In this document: one piece after another, positions 12,701 to 23,608 of the stretch | Layout: every line of letters begins with the position of its first letter | How positions within the stretch are numbered: position 1 is the stretch's first letter | Source: a virus | Lineage: Duplodnaviria > Caudoviricetes | Virus record (IMG/VR): IMGVR_UViG_3300032247_001693 | Coordinates: 1 to 64,000 of that record | Direction: 5' to 3' (one strand) | Length of the DNA stretch: 64,000 nt | Made by a program: the position numbers and the translations under genes | Notes under the pieces: model-generated | Databases searched by the model: none | Told to the model about the DNA's origin: nothing | What the model saw: only the letters and a program-made list of their open reading frames with translations

Positions 12701-14538
12701 GTAATTTGTCTGCTTGTGGATTTCATATTTCTTCTAATACTTTGTGATTTCGTTGAAATATTTGAATTTTATACTTAAATAACTAGCCAAAGCGAACATA
12801 CGATCTATAAATGCTTCTTTTACGAGTCCATCTATTAAATCCCATCTAACATCACACGAAACCTCTTTACTAATCTTTTTATTAATTTTTTTTATATTAT
12901 CTAATTTAGATTCATTTATATCTCTAGGATCAAATGGTTCGTAGTTAAAATTTCTTATGTCTACAAAATTTTTATGTATTGATTTCATTCAAGCCTCTAT
13001 TTTAGTATTAATATTTATTTTATAAGGTATATTTTGTATAAAGTATACTTTGTTTTTAACATACTTAATAATATTAATATTACTCCAATAAATACCGTCT
13101 CTATTAACATAAGTAAATAGGTCGTAATAGATTTTATTTTGTATAACGCAATTTATTTTGGCAAATTTTTTATGTATTGATTTCATTTTAATAATGGAGG
13201 AGTCCCATAAAGATATGATTTAATATCAGCCCTCATTATATCAAGCTTTATATTAGTTATAAACAATATATGATCAGTAATATTTTTATCAATTTCGAAC
13301 CTAATATAATATCGATTGTCTCCCATTAACCTCATTTCTTCTCTACAAATATTTATCAATAGAGGAGAAAAATCATATGGGTCAAAAAATCTATTTATTG
13401 ATTTCATTTGCCACCGTTAAATCGGCCAACTCCATTTCCATAAAACGAGCTAGATTATATTTTAAATCATGAATAATTTGATCTTCTATAAAATATATAG
13501 AACCTCTAATCTTTTCCATTACTATTGCCGTAATATATAAAGAAACTTCATCCATTTGGACAAGATTTATTGGTTTTATAAAAAGAGATGGATGTATTTT
13601 TTCTAGATACTTAAAATTTTTATGTATTGACTTCATTTAAATCGGCCAATTCCGTTCGTTATAATCATTTCATTCATTAAATTTTGGATAATTTCATGAG
13701 GTATAAAAGATATAGGCTGTTTAATCTTCCTTGTCAATATATCTCTAGTGTGTAAAGAAATTTTTTCATTTATATTTTTATGTACTAAAGAAATACTGGC
13801 ATATGTTGGACTAGCATATGTTGGACGCTGAAAATGTCTATGTTTTGATTTCATATTAATGATTTGATATCATAAATTTTCGGCTAATCCAATTATTATT
13901 TACAAAGTATAGCTCTAATTGATTACGCACTCTATGTATTGATATAAGACTTCTCTCACCCCGGTTAAGTGTAAAAATCTTTCTTCTAATATTAATTCCA
14001 CCATCAGAGTATCGGATATTATGATATTGCTCTATAAAATTTGTATGTATTGATTTCATTAATTATTCCAATATCGCTTGACTGATATAATTTATCAGAA
14101 ACCTTCTTCTTATTTCAGTTCCATCTTTAAGATTATAATTTATTTTAATAGCCACATCAATATGTGTAAAATATACTTTATTTCTAATTAACTCTAAAGC
14201 ACCAAGGTTAATCTTATAGGTTTCAATAGATAATATTTCTTGTATTTTATAGAGTTTACTTAGTAGTATATATTTAAAGAGTTTGTGTTTTGATTTCATT
14301 TTAAATCGGCCAACTCAATAGTTAGATTATGAGTAATTCCGGTATCTATAAAAGATATAGGAGATTGAATTTTTATAGTTAATTCCGTTATGATATGTGG
14401 AGAAACTTGACTATCGATACATTTATTTATTTCCTTCATAAAATATGGAATTTTATTTAAATACAAAAATCCTAAACCATCCAAAATGGCTCCCACAAAT
14501 CTTTCACAATACTGAAAATGTCTATGTTTTGATTTCAT
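9732..14538 (-). other. Tandem array of about 20 MKS-start mini-ORFs (51-96 aa)
   Basis: ATG starts at about 10016, 10538, 10819, 11015, 11409, 11615, 11772, 11960, 12153, 12350, 12587, 12726, 12988, 13186, 13407, 13636, 13854, 14059, 14299 and 14538, all ATGAA(A/G)TC. The ORFs abut or overlap. I read 10848-11015, 11787-11960 and 12571-12726 by hand because they fall below the track cutoff. Confidence 0.85.
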
Positions 14539-15838
14539 TTCATTACTTATCCATTAGAGAAATGAACCGATTTGATTTACTATTACCATAGTCTTTATTG
14601 GAATAATTTCGGTCTTGAACGGTATTAATATGGCGAATTATTAGGTGCAAATTTTGCTTATTAGAGTCAGAAACAGAGTTTGTATTATGGGAAATATAAG
14701 AGTGGATTACATTATTTAGGAGGTCGATTTCACTTTTAGTTAAGAGAATTGACTTATACATCTTTTTTCCTTTTGGTTTATTTTGGCTAATCATTTTTTG
14801 TGGTTTTTGCCGCTTTTTAGGAGGTTTCTCATACCATCATACATCAAAAATCCAGCCTGTCAACCCCTCCCATTATACAAAATCATACCATAGATTAATT
14901 AAAAATAGTATTATTATCAATACCAATAACATAACCATAAGAGAGACTAGAAAGAAAAATAGTTATCTAATTCATTAAATCCTTTAAATCCTAGTATTAT
15001 AGCCTATTTCTACCACCGGATAGCATAATAAGTGAATATTTCTCAGATTAGCCGATTAGTTTACTAAGAAAACTCAAAAAACCCCGTAAAAAGGGCTTGA
15101 CTTACAACGGGCTTGATGTATAAATGATGTGTTGGAGGGGAGAAAAAAAGTTTGGAACGATGAAATATTGGACTAAAACCATAGAAACTATAGTTACTAG
15201 GGCCACAATTACCAGTTCCGATAAGAAAGGTCGATGAAAATCTCTCATTTTTGAATTTAGCCTTTTTTTGAGAAAGTGGGGTTTTAGCGGGAGTTAATAA
15301 CATTTTTACCATAGGGAAAACACCAAACATATTTATGGTTAGCCTAATTAACTTTGGTAAAGTTCCTGACTATAAAATACAATGATGCAGAGCTGAGGAT
15401 TAATAGGGGAATTATAATTAATAATCTGTGAAAATCATTATGAACTAACTCTTCTACTAGTGGGTGGTTTACTATTGATGATAATAATGATAATATATTC
15501 ATAGTATTTTTTTATTATGATAGTATAATACTGCCGCCCATATTAAGATGCACGGGGCCACTATAGTATGGTAGTTTGTCCAAATTAATCTAATCTTTTT
15601 AGTCCCTTAAATAACGAGTAAGCTAATACTACTACTGTAACAAATCCAATAATTTCTAATCCTTGTCTTATGTTTTCTATATATTCACTTATCATGGGAG
15701 GGAAATAAGAAGTTTTTAAGTTGTTGCCAGTTACTGAAAGTTATTGGTAACTTTTCTGGAACACTAGGAACAAAGGGCTTAACAATTTTCTTATTAGCTT
15801 TACTAAGGGGTTTCTTAGTATTTCTTGCGACATTTTTC

Positions 15839-16243
15839 TTACGGGTTTTTTTGATCATATAAATAATTATCTAGATTTGTGATAGTACCATAAGTGTTAG
15901 CCATTTTATACTTATATTCTCCATCGTCTGAAAGTAAGTCCGCATTCGACATAAATTCTTTAACACTTGGGGAAATAGTTCCAGAATGGGCTGTTCTTTT
16001 AAAATATATTGGATTAGACGGCTCCCATTTTTGATAGGGCCAAACATAGGGAGGCATAGGAATAGGTTTGCAAGGTGTGTTATTATCTTTATTAAAAGGT
16101 TCTCTAATAGATATTTTTGGGGGAACTACTGCTTTTTCCAGATGGTCTTTAATTTCTTTTGCTAACTCTTTTCCCCCGACCATATCAAACTTTTCTAACA
16201 TTCCCCAAACTTTAATTAGCATTTCCCTATCTGTTAAATTCAT
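15839..16243 (-). CDS. Hypothetical protein; N-terminus paralogous to 6594-7127 (MNLTDRE.L)
   Basis: The likely true start MNLTDREML follows a GGAG; its first about 40 aa align with 6594-7127. Confidence 0.6.
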   Translation of the reverse strand: MNLTDREMLIKVWGMLEKFDMVGGKELAKEIKDHLEKAVVPPKISIREPFNKDNNTPCKPIPMPPYVWPYQKWEPSNPIYFKRTAHSGTISPSVKEFMSNADLLSDDGEYKYKMANTYGTITNLDNYLYDQKNP

Positions 16244-16442
16244 TTTAAAAACTCCATAATTTCCCAGTACAGACTCTCTATTACAATACGACAAAAATAT
16301 CCTGTAACTTTTGAAGACCACACCAATACTAATCCTGCTAAAATTAATACCCCAATCCAGTAAACTATATTACAAGCTTTAACTAACTTTTCACTGACTG
16401 TTCCCATAAATCCAAAACCTGTTGGTTTAGATAATACAACCC

Positions 16443-16850
16443 TTATTTGATATCTCTTTGAGCATTAGCTAACTGTTGTTTGTTACCATTTTTTAAGAAT
16501 AGTACATATTTATTAAAGACAGATTCTACTACTTCTATAAATACTGATTCGCCCTTACAAATTTTATCGATAAAAGAAGGTTTAGTCTTTTCTGCTACAT
16601 ATTTAACTGTTGGATCATATAGAATCTTACTAGCATCTACTTTAACATAGTATCTATAATCTGATCGGGCGTTATTAAAATGTTTCGCGGGCTTACTCTT
16701 AATAGCTTTAGCAAAAACATTAGAGTTCTCCACCCTTAATCTAGGATTGTCATCTCCATCACTATAGTCTTTTAAATTTTCGCTAGTATAAAACTTTTCT
16801 TCTACCTCATCAGTATTCTTGATATTAAAATCATTATAATTTGTTTTCAT
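16443..16850 (-). CDS. Hypothetical phage protein
   Basis: The likely start MKTNYN lies just downstream of a 37-bp CTGACT-family element. Confidence 0.55.
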   Translation of the reverse strand: MKTNYNDFNIKNTDEVEEKFYTSENLKDYSDGDDNPRLRVENSNVFAKAIKSKPAKHFNNARSDYRYYVKVDASKILYDPTVKYVAEKTKPSFIDKICKGESVFIEVVESVFNKYVLFLKNGNKQQLANAQRDIK

Positions 16851-17339
16851 ACCATATCTCGCTGACTGTTCCCATAAAACCAAAACCTGGTGCATTAGAT
16901 GAGACAACGGGAGTCTCTCTATTATAGTAGGTTGACCAAAAAGGTTGGCAACTCTTAGTTCTTATACTCAAGCTTGGGAATTAGGTTATCATCAGTTTGA
17001 CTTATGGGTTTAATATCTAGAATTAATATCGACTCTGGTAGGTTGCCGCCACTACTCTGAAATTCATTGGTTAAGTTTTGCAGAAGTTGACAGATATAAT
17101 TACAATCTATATTCTTATCTAATTTAATAGCTTTCATAAAATCTCCTATTCTCACTGACTGTACTCATTCAGCCAAAACCTAAAGGATTAGATATAACAA
17201 TTTAAAAGGGGCCGCTATTTTTCGCTGACTATGGTCACTCTGGGCAAACCCAGTGGTTAACCTGAGACAAAAAGAAAACCCCGCCAGATTTCTCTGGCAG
17301 GGTCTTCAACAAGCCTCTTTCAAGGAACTTTCATAAATA

Positions 17340-17582
17340 TCAACGAACAATTGTCACAGACTTACTACGACATTTACCATTAGCACAATGATTAACGCCA
17401 CTATCAAAATTATTATAAGTCACAGACTTATTTACTTCAACAACTCTGCGAACGGGTCGTGTAACTGTTCGGACTACCTGCTTAGTGGTAGATCGTAGAT
17501 TACACTGACCATTAGCACAATCACCAGCAAAAGCTACTGAACCACAAGCCAAAATCATCGAACAAAAAATAAAGGTCTTCAT
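17340..17582 (-). CDS. Small secreted Cys-containing protein (signal peptide, CANGQC/CANGKC motifs)
   Basis: MKTFIFCSMILACGSVAFA is a signal-peptide-like N-terminus, followed by two CxNGxC motifs. Confidence 0.55.
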   Translation of the reverse strand: MKTFIFCSMILACGSVAFAGDCANGQCNLRSTTKQVVRTVTRPVRRVVEVNKSVTYNNFDSGVNHCANGKCRSKSVTIVR

Positions 17583-17639
17583 AAAAGTCTCCTAAAGAAA
17601 TTAAAACTAATAAATTACCACTTCCTTATGGTAGTTTAA

Positions 17640-17924
17640 TTATGCTACTACTTCGGTAGTAACAAAATCAACAGGCTTACTAGGAGCAACAGTATCCTTG
17701 CCACTAAGAACAACTACTGCTGGCTCACTAACATTACCACTCTTATCAACATCCACAAGAGTCAAAACTACATTCTCATTATCACTAACAGATACAACAT
17801 CAAAGACTGTTGTTTCTGAAACATAACTCTTTGAAGTTACCACCCCATTAACACTAACACTAACTCGTCTTTCGACAACGTCAGCGTCTACTACTGGTCC
17901 CGCACTAACGCTATAATTTGCCAT
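17640..17924 (-). CDS. Small beta-sandwich (Ig/FN3-like) protein
   Basis: Val/Ser-rich sequence with VDKSGNVSEP...DTVAPSKP, typical of Ig/FN3-like ends. The probable start is MANYSV. Confidence 0.4.
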   Translation of the reverse strand: MANYSVSAGPVVDADVVERRVSVSVNGVVTSKSYVSETTVFDVVSVSDNENVVLTLVDVDKSGNVSEPAVVVLSGKDTVAPSKPVDFVTTEVVA

Positions 17925-18540
17925 ATTATTCTCCTGAAAAATTTTTGATACAGAAAACGCCGTGGGATATATTAGTTTCATCTTGATTTTCTGTAGATTA
18001 TGTATGATATCTGAAATATCATCACTTAATCTCAAGAGCTTTTTTATAAAATTAAACATATCCTTCTCTTCTCCTACCCTATAGTAAAAACAATCGGCCA
18101 ACTAGTCAACCAGTTGACATTCTTATCCTCTCATGTTAGAATAGCCATTACAGAAACCCAAAAACAAACCAGCACAAAGGGCCATTCCAAGAAAATCCAT
18201 AGTCTGTTAATCTCCAGTTGATATCAAGTTTGGGGCGACCACCATCACCTCACTACCCCATTGTAACACATCGACATCCAGGATGCAAGGTCTTGAGGCA
18301 AAAGGACTTACGTTCACAAGCGGTGTTAGTTAAAAAATTTCCACCTTGACAGGGGTATTCGGTGGGTATAGTATTATGCAGGCCGGTTAAGTATAATACC
18401 TTCTAGTTTTAACTAAGTAATGTAATACAGAATCTTAGTATCTAGTAACATAGGGAATTTCTACACAACCCCTTGCATAATAATTTCCAACCCCTACTAT
18501 ACTTTGTAGTCTCAGCCACCACTGGGGCTACCAAAATTCT

Positions 18541-20802
18541 TTAACAATTTGGAAAAGAAGGATATAAGCCAATACTCAACTTATTATCTGCATCATAATA
18601 TTTTTCATTTTGTCTATAATTGGGAAAATCGCTAGTAATAAAACCAATGTTTTTAATAGCTTCATTAGCCCTAGTTTCAGCCTCAAAGTAGTCATTAAAA
18701 CAATGACAATATTCCACAGTATTATCTCTCACAATAATCAATACCCAGTTCATTATTTATCCTCTCTAGTTTGTTCATTTTTCTTTAATAAGTTTTTAAG
18801 GATAGTTTTTACATAATGTTCAGGAACAACACAAGAGGGACCAAGGGTGTTAGCTACAATATTTAATTGTGCTGAATCTAAGGGAAAATGTAATCTATTA
18901 AGAACAAACTCTATAGCATCTACCTCATCATTAGTTAATTTATTCATCAACCACTCTCCTTTTTTGCTAATACCTTATGAGTGTTATTGTCAAAAATCAT
19001 TACACATTCACCATTTTTCCACGGCTGAAAATGATACTCAATACCCTCGTAAGAATATATCATTGGGGTTCTGTACTTTCTAGAAGCTCCCCCGATTTTA
19101 TTAGGTGTTCCTAATAGGTAAAGAATTTCTTCTCTAGTCTTAGACAGATATTTATCTAGAGTATTCATTAATAATATCTCCAACCTCATTAGCCAACTTT
19201 TCAATCTGTTCATTATCAGACTCAGTATTAATTCTGTCCCATATCAAATCCCACAATCCATCCCTAATATAATTTAGTTCTTTTCTGCTAAAATATAAGG
19301 GTCCAATTTTATCGTTAGTTTTCATTTTTACCAGCCTTTCTTATTTTATTCTCCTTATTAATGCGATACTGACACCATCTAGCGTGATTTTTAATTTGCC
19401 CATTTATTTCTGGATCAGTTTTCTTACAAAAAGAACAACAGTAATAAGGATTTTTACCACCAGTAGGTTCTTTTGGATAGTCAGTATTATAATCCATTAT
19501 TTTGCCACTCTTTCTTGCGCAGCCTTAAAAGCATTAGTGATTACCTTTTTAAAATCATCGAATATCTGTCCAGCAACGGGCTTTTCATTAGAAGAAAGAC
19601 ATCCTAATAGTTTCTGAACTTCTTTTAGGTATCCATCTCTACATCCCAAAAACTTTACCCCTAATTCTCCAACAGCCTTCTCATTGTCGGCCAACTCAAA
19701 AGCATTAATAACCTCAATTTTACATCGGTCAATTTCTGCAATTAATTGATCTAAATAATTCATTAATTATTTCCTTTATTTAATAAGTTGCTTTTTTATT
19801 TAGCATTTATAATCTTATCCTTAGAATTATGCTGATCTATTAAGTAATTTGTTAAATCTCTAACATAATCAATACAATGGAATGGGATAGTGTGCTTAAA
19901 TTTCTTTAGCGAGGCAATAATAACTTTCAAATCCATTAGACTAAGATTAACGTCAACATTATCATTCATTTATAATTTACCTTTCTTTAGTTAAATAGTT
20001 CTTTTTTCTCTTTCAGATAATCAATCAACTGATCTATATGGCTAATGGGACCAAGTAAGTAATTTACTTTAGGAAGATTTTCTTTCCTAGCATGTAGAGC
20101 ATCAATTAGAACAAATAAATTCTCTTTAGTAACAGTAATATCAACATTAGGATCACATCCAATAGTATTATTCATTAATTATCTCCTTTTTAATAAGTTG
20201 CTTTTTTAGTTTTTCATCAAATTCTCTACGGATAACTTTTCTAAGAATATTCCCATTTGAAATATCACAAAGATGTAGATATTTAAGTAGAAGTTTAATG
20301 TAATCATTAGAGATTGTCTTAGTAGATTCAATAATAATTTGATACTGCATATCATTAATATTAACATCACAACCCTTCCATTCCTTATCCAAAGCTTCTA
20401 GTTGTGGTAAATTAATAATAGTCTCACCTGAATCTCGTTGCTCAGTTAGATAAACTATAAAATTATCTATAAGATCAAGAGGGATATAGACTGTGCCAGA
20501 AGATGAACTATTAAATAATTTACTCAGCTCAAATGGTGAAGTATTTTCCTTAAATTTATTGAGAGAATCAATAATAAAATTCAATTCCGCAGGAGTAAGC
20601 AAAGCTTTCATTATTTATCCTCTAAAAGATCGGGGGTGTAAATTTTAACAAGTTCTTCAACTGACTTAAGGTCCATACTCCACATATTATGCTCATAATT
20701 ATCAATAGCAAGAGCTACTAGAGTTTTAGTATCTAGGTCTTCTACCATGCGTTGGGCATAAGCTTTAATAATATCGTTCTTATTATCTTGTGTTACTTTC
20801 AT
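18541..20802 (-). other. Run of small hypothetical ORFs
   Basis: Abutting minus-strand ORFs downstream of a TTGACA-N17-TATACT promoter at about 20900-20928. Confidence 0.65.
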
Positions 20803-21489
20803 CTTTCCTCCAGTACCATATCAAAAGTTTCCCAAAAAATAGTATTTGGTATCCATTTAGAGTTTTATAAACATTTACCATATACCGTTTCCTAGTGTAA
20901 GTATACCATAGCGGCGTTTGATTGTCAAGACTACTACCAATAGGACTCTTAAAATGAGCAAATTTTTAACATTTATATTAGTGGTGTTCGTGGGCTTCTT
21001 TTATTATAATCTCTATTTAAACGAAAATATAAGCGTTGGACGGGGTGCTAGAACAAATTATAAGAATAGTATTGGTAACATAGTCTATACCAATATTAAA
21101 ACTAATCCTATGGGAGTTATTACCTATAAATAATTGTTCCCATAAAACTCACTGACTATAACCACTCTAACCAAATCTGGTGGATAAGCTAAAACAATTC
21201 ATCAGCCACTTTTACAATCTACCATCTTTAAAGGAACCCCTAAAGTTCGCTGACTATACCCAACTAGCCCAAACCCCGTGGGTTAGCTGGAACAATCGGA
21301 TAGATTACCTACCAGATGATCATTAAACAATTATTTTAGACTTACATCAAGCTCACTTTTCATAAGTATATTTAGAACTTGACCTAAACCCTTACCAGCA
21401 CACACCTTACGTTCTATTGTATCGGCACTTACGTCAAGTGTCTACAACCTAAGATTGAGATTGAGTCAAAGAAAAGAAAAGGCTTGACA

Positions 21490-21567
21490 TAACCCCTTGA
21501 GAAATAAGGACTTACATAAAATCGGGGCGCCCGCGTTTGAGCTAAGTCCTTTGTTTTCAAGTACTTA
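21490..21567. repeat. Double-palindrome element, copy 1
   Basis: TAACCCCTT-gagaaat-AAGGACTTA-N28-TAAGTCCTT-tgttttc-AAGTACTTA. Confidence 0.9.
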
Positions 21568-21574
21568 CGTCAAA

Positions 21575-21648
21575 CGAGAGTGACGGGACTTGAACCCGCA
21601 ACCTTTGGGTCGACAACCCAACGCTCTAACCAATTGAGCTACACCCCC
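21575..21648 (-). tRNA. tRNA-Asp(GTC)
   Basis: Cloverleaf read by hand; anticodon arm ttggg-ttGTCga-cccaa; T-loop ttcaagt; no encoded CCA. Confidence 0.9.
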
Positions 21649-21653
21649 TAAAA

Positions 21654-21725
21654 AGCAGGAGAAGGGACTTGAACCCTCAACATTCAGGTTGGAAACCTAA
21701 CGCTCTGCCATTGAGCTACTCCTGC
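21654..21725 (-). tRNA. tRNA-Gly(TCC)
   Basis: gcaggag/ctcctgc acceptor stem; anticodon loop ttTCCaa. Confidence 0.9.
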
Positions 21726-21728
21726 AAG

Positions 21729-21802
21729 TAATCCTGGAGGGACTTGAACCCCCAACCTAGTGGGTAGAAACCGCTTGCTCTATCCAGTTGAGCTACAGGA
21801 TC
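21729..21802 (-). tRNA. tRNA-Arg(TCT)
   Basis: gatcctg/caggatt acceptor stem; anticodon loop ttTCTac; one anticodon-stem mismatch. Confidence 0.85.
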
Positions 21803-21912
21803 ATATTCTATATAGTACACGAAAATTTACTTTTGTCAATCTACGCGGGACATGGTTAGTCCCACCGCACCCGGCCTAAAGCCTGTTTATACTCGCCGGG
21901 TCGAGTTGAAGA

Positions 21913-22173
21913 TCAAGCCTCCGCAGTTTCAGCAACAGCCTTTTTCTTAGGCGGATTGGCCGCATCACCAGCCTGAATCGCAGTCACACCAGTAACACGG
22001 GCACGCCACACCTTATAGCCCTGCTCACTCAGTTCCTTGATCTCTCCCTGCTTCACATTGGCATGAATGTCATTGCCAAGGTTGTCATTCAAAGCCGTAG
22101 TCAACACATCCACAATCTCACTACGATCAACATCTGAACCGACCAAATCAACCGTAAAACTAAACCTCTTCAT
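21913..22173 (-). CDS. Hypothetical protein
   Basis: 86-aa ORF with an upstream Shine-Dalgarno-like sequence and cassette promoters. Confidence 0.65.
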   Translation of the reverse strand: MKRFSFTVDLVGSDVDRSEIVDVLTTALNDNLGNDIHANVKQGEIKELSEQGYKVWRARVTGVTAIQAGDAANPPKKKAVAETAEA

Positions 22174-22381
22174 TTGTAAAAACCTTTCAAAAAGTGTAAA
22201 CTATCCAAAACTCACAACGTCATTATACAACATCAATATCACTTGTCAAGGTCGCTTAGATGATTTTTCATTTTGAGCATCCAGTGCGATCCATTCCTTG
22301 TGATGAGTGTATTGTACACTACTAGTATCGACAAGTCAAGCCCGCAGCATTAGCCTATGGTGAAAAATTTTGGGAACGTCG

Positions 22382-22459
22382 TAACCCCTTGAAAAATAAG
22401 GACTTACGTCAAAACCGGCCGCCCCGGCTCGCCGCAAGTCCTTGTGGGTAAAGGACTTA
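22382..22459. repeat. Double-palindrome element, copy 2
   Basis: TAACCCCTT-gaaaaat-AAGGACTTA-N28-CAAGTCCTT-gtgggta-AAGGACTTA. Confidence 0.9.
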
Positions 22460-22478
22460 CAGCAAGTGGGGTTTTGGG

Positions 22479-23432
22479 CTAGATGCCGCTGGCAAACTCC
22501 ATAGCTGTGGAGAGAGCCTTGGCGTTGTCGTTGGCGTTCTGGCCGAACCAGAGCGAATCCAGCCGATTGTCGCTTGTGCGGCCCTTATTGTAGTTCAGAT
22601 ATTCGTTGTAGCCGTTGTAGGCTGCCCACCAAGTACCCCGAACACCTTCGCCGCTCTGCTTCGGGCCTTCGATCAGACCCAAGATTTCATCCATGATATT
22701 GCGGGTGCGGGTTTTGATGTCCGCATCAACAGTACCCTCAATATCCATCATCTTTTTCACATACCGATTGATATCGACCTGATTGAAATTCTTAGACGCG
22801 AGGAACTTGAACTGTTCCGCCGTGGCCTCGAATTCCATATTGATATTGTCCATGATATCCCGAACGTTTTCCAAATTGATCTTGCTGGAACGGGTATGGC
22901 GAATCCGAATCAGCTTAGAACCGCTCGTCTTGCTGTGGGCCATTGCCATCGTGTTAGCACACACCACCCGGATGGGGGTATAACCAACCCGGATAGCAGT
23001 GGTGCCGTCATGGCTGTTGGAAAGCAAGATGAACTTGCTTACCTCATCTCCACGCACGATCTCGCTGTTATCCCGATTCAGCTGGGCGAGAACCCAAACC
23101 TTTTGCCCGCTGTGGAGCGAACCAGCAGTGTGCAAGGCACACTCGCCAGCATCGATAAACGGCTGGAACCAATCGAACGCTTCGCTATTTTGCAGCGGCG
23201 TATAGCGTGGGCCGACAACACCCAAAATGCTATCGTCACTCTTGCGATAGGTCGCCCGAGCCGGAACCGGCTGACCATCCGTGGTGAACAAATCCTTCAG
23301 ACCGACTTCCCAATCCAGACCGCCAGCGATGATCGCCTCCCCAATCGTGGGGGCTTCGTCGAGCTTGTTGCCCAGACCGTGCCACGGGGTTTCCTTGACG
23401 TAGAACATGTTTTCGACAGCGTGAGCCATTTT
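22479..23432 (-). CDS. DUF932 / TIGR03299-like phage-plasmid protein
   Basis: MAHAVENMFYVKETPWHGLG, GQKVWVLA, LLSNSHDGTTA, TPIRVVCANT and W.AYNGYNEY motifs are characteristic of DUF932. Confidence 0.85.
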   Translation of the reverse strand, partial: KMAHAVENMFYVKETPWHGLGNKLDEAPTIGEAIIAGGLDWEVGLKDLFTTDGQPVPARATYRKSDDSILGVVGPRYTPLQNSEAFDWFQPFIDAGECALHTAGSLHSGQKVWVLAQLNRDNSEIVRGDEVSKFILLSNSHDGTTAIRVGYTPIRVVCANTMAMAHSKTSGSKLIRIRHTRSSKINLENVRDIMDNINMEFEATAEQFKFLASKNFNQVDINRYVKKMMDIEGTVDADIKTRTRNIMDEILGLIEGPKQSGEGVRGTWWAAYNGYNEYLNYNKGRTSDNRLDSLWFGQNANDNAKALSTAMEFASGI

Positions 23433-23530
23433 CAATCTCCTTAGTGGTTTCAATCGTTCTCTTGTCTCATCATTCTACCCTAGTATCGTCCAAAGTCAAT
23501 GGCTGAGTTTAGGAATTTTTGCGATTGCTC

Positions 23531-23608
23531 TAACCCCTTGAAAAATAAGGACTTACGTCGAGCCGGGGCGGGCGCCTTCGCCCTAAGTCTTTTGCGGCAA
23601 AGGGTTTA
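23531..23608. repeat. Double-palindrome element, copy 3
   Basis: Same 9-7-9/28/9-7-9 geometry. It overlaps the 3' end of the PRTase ORF. Confidence 0.9.

Noticed and set aside
9732-14538. CRISPR array interpretation of the repeated ATGAAATCAATACATA motif
   Set aside because: The repeats are short, degenerate and coincide with start codons. The intervening 150-290 nt are open reading frames, and no cas gene was seen.
22783-23444. Plus-strand ORFs 22783-22983, 22896-23444 and 22999-23205
   Set aside because: These are antisense shadows of the DUF932 gene with no recognisable motifs or Shine-Dalgarno. Most other plus-strand ORFs left of 44.8 kb (except the 27162 HNH) and minus-strand ORFs right of it were rejected for the same reason.
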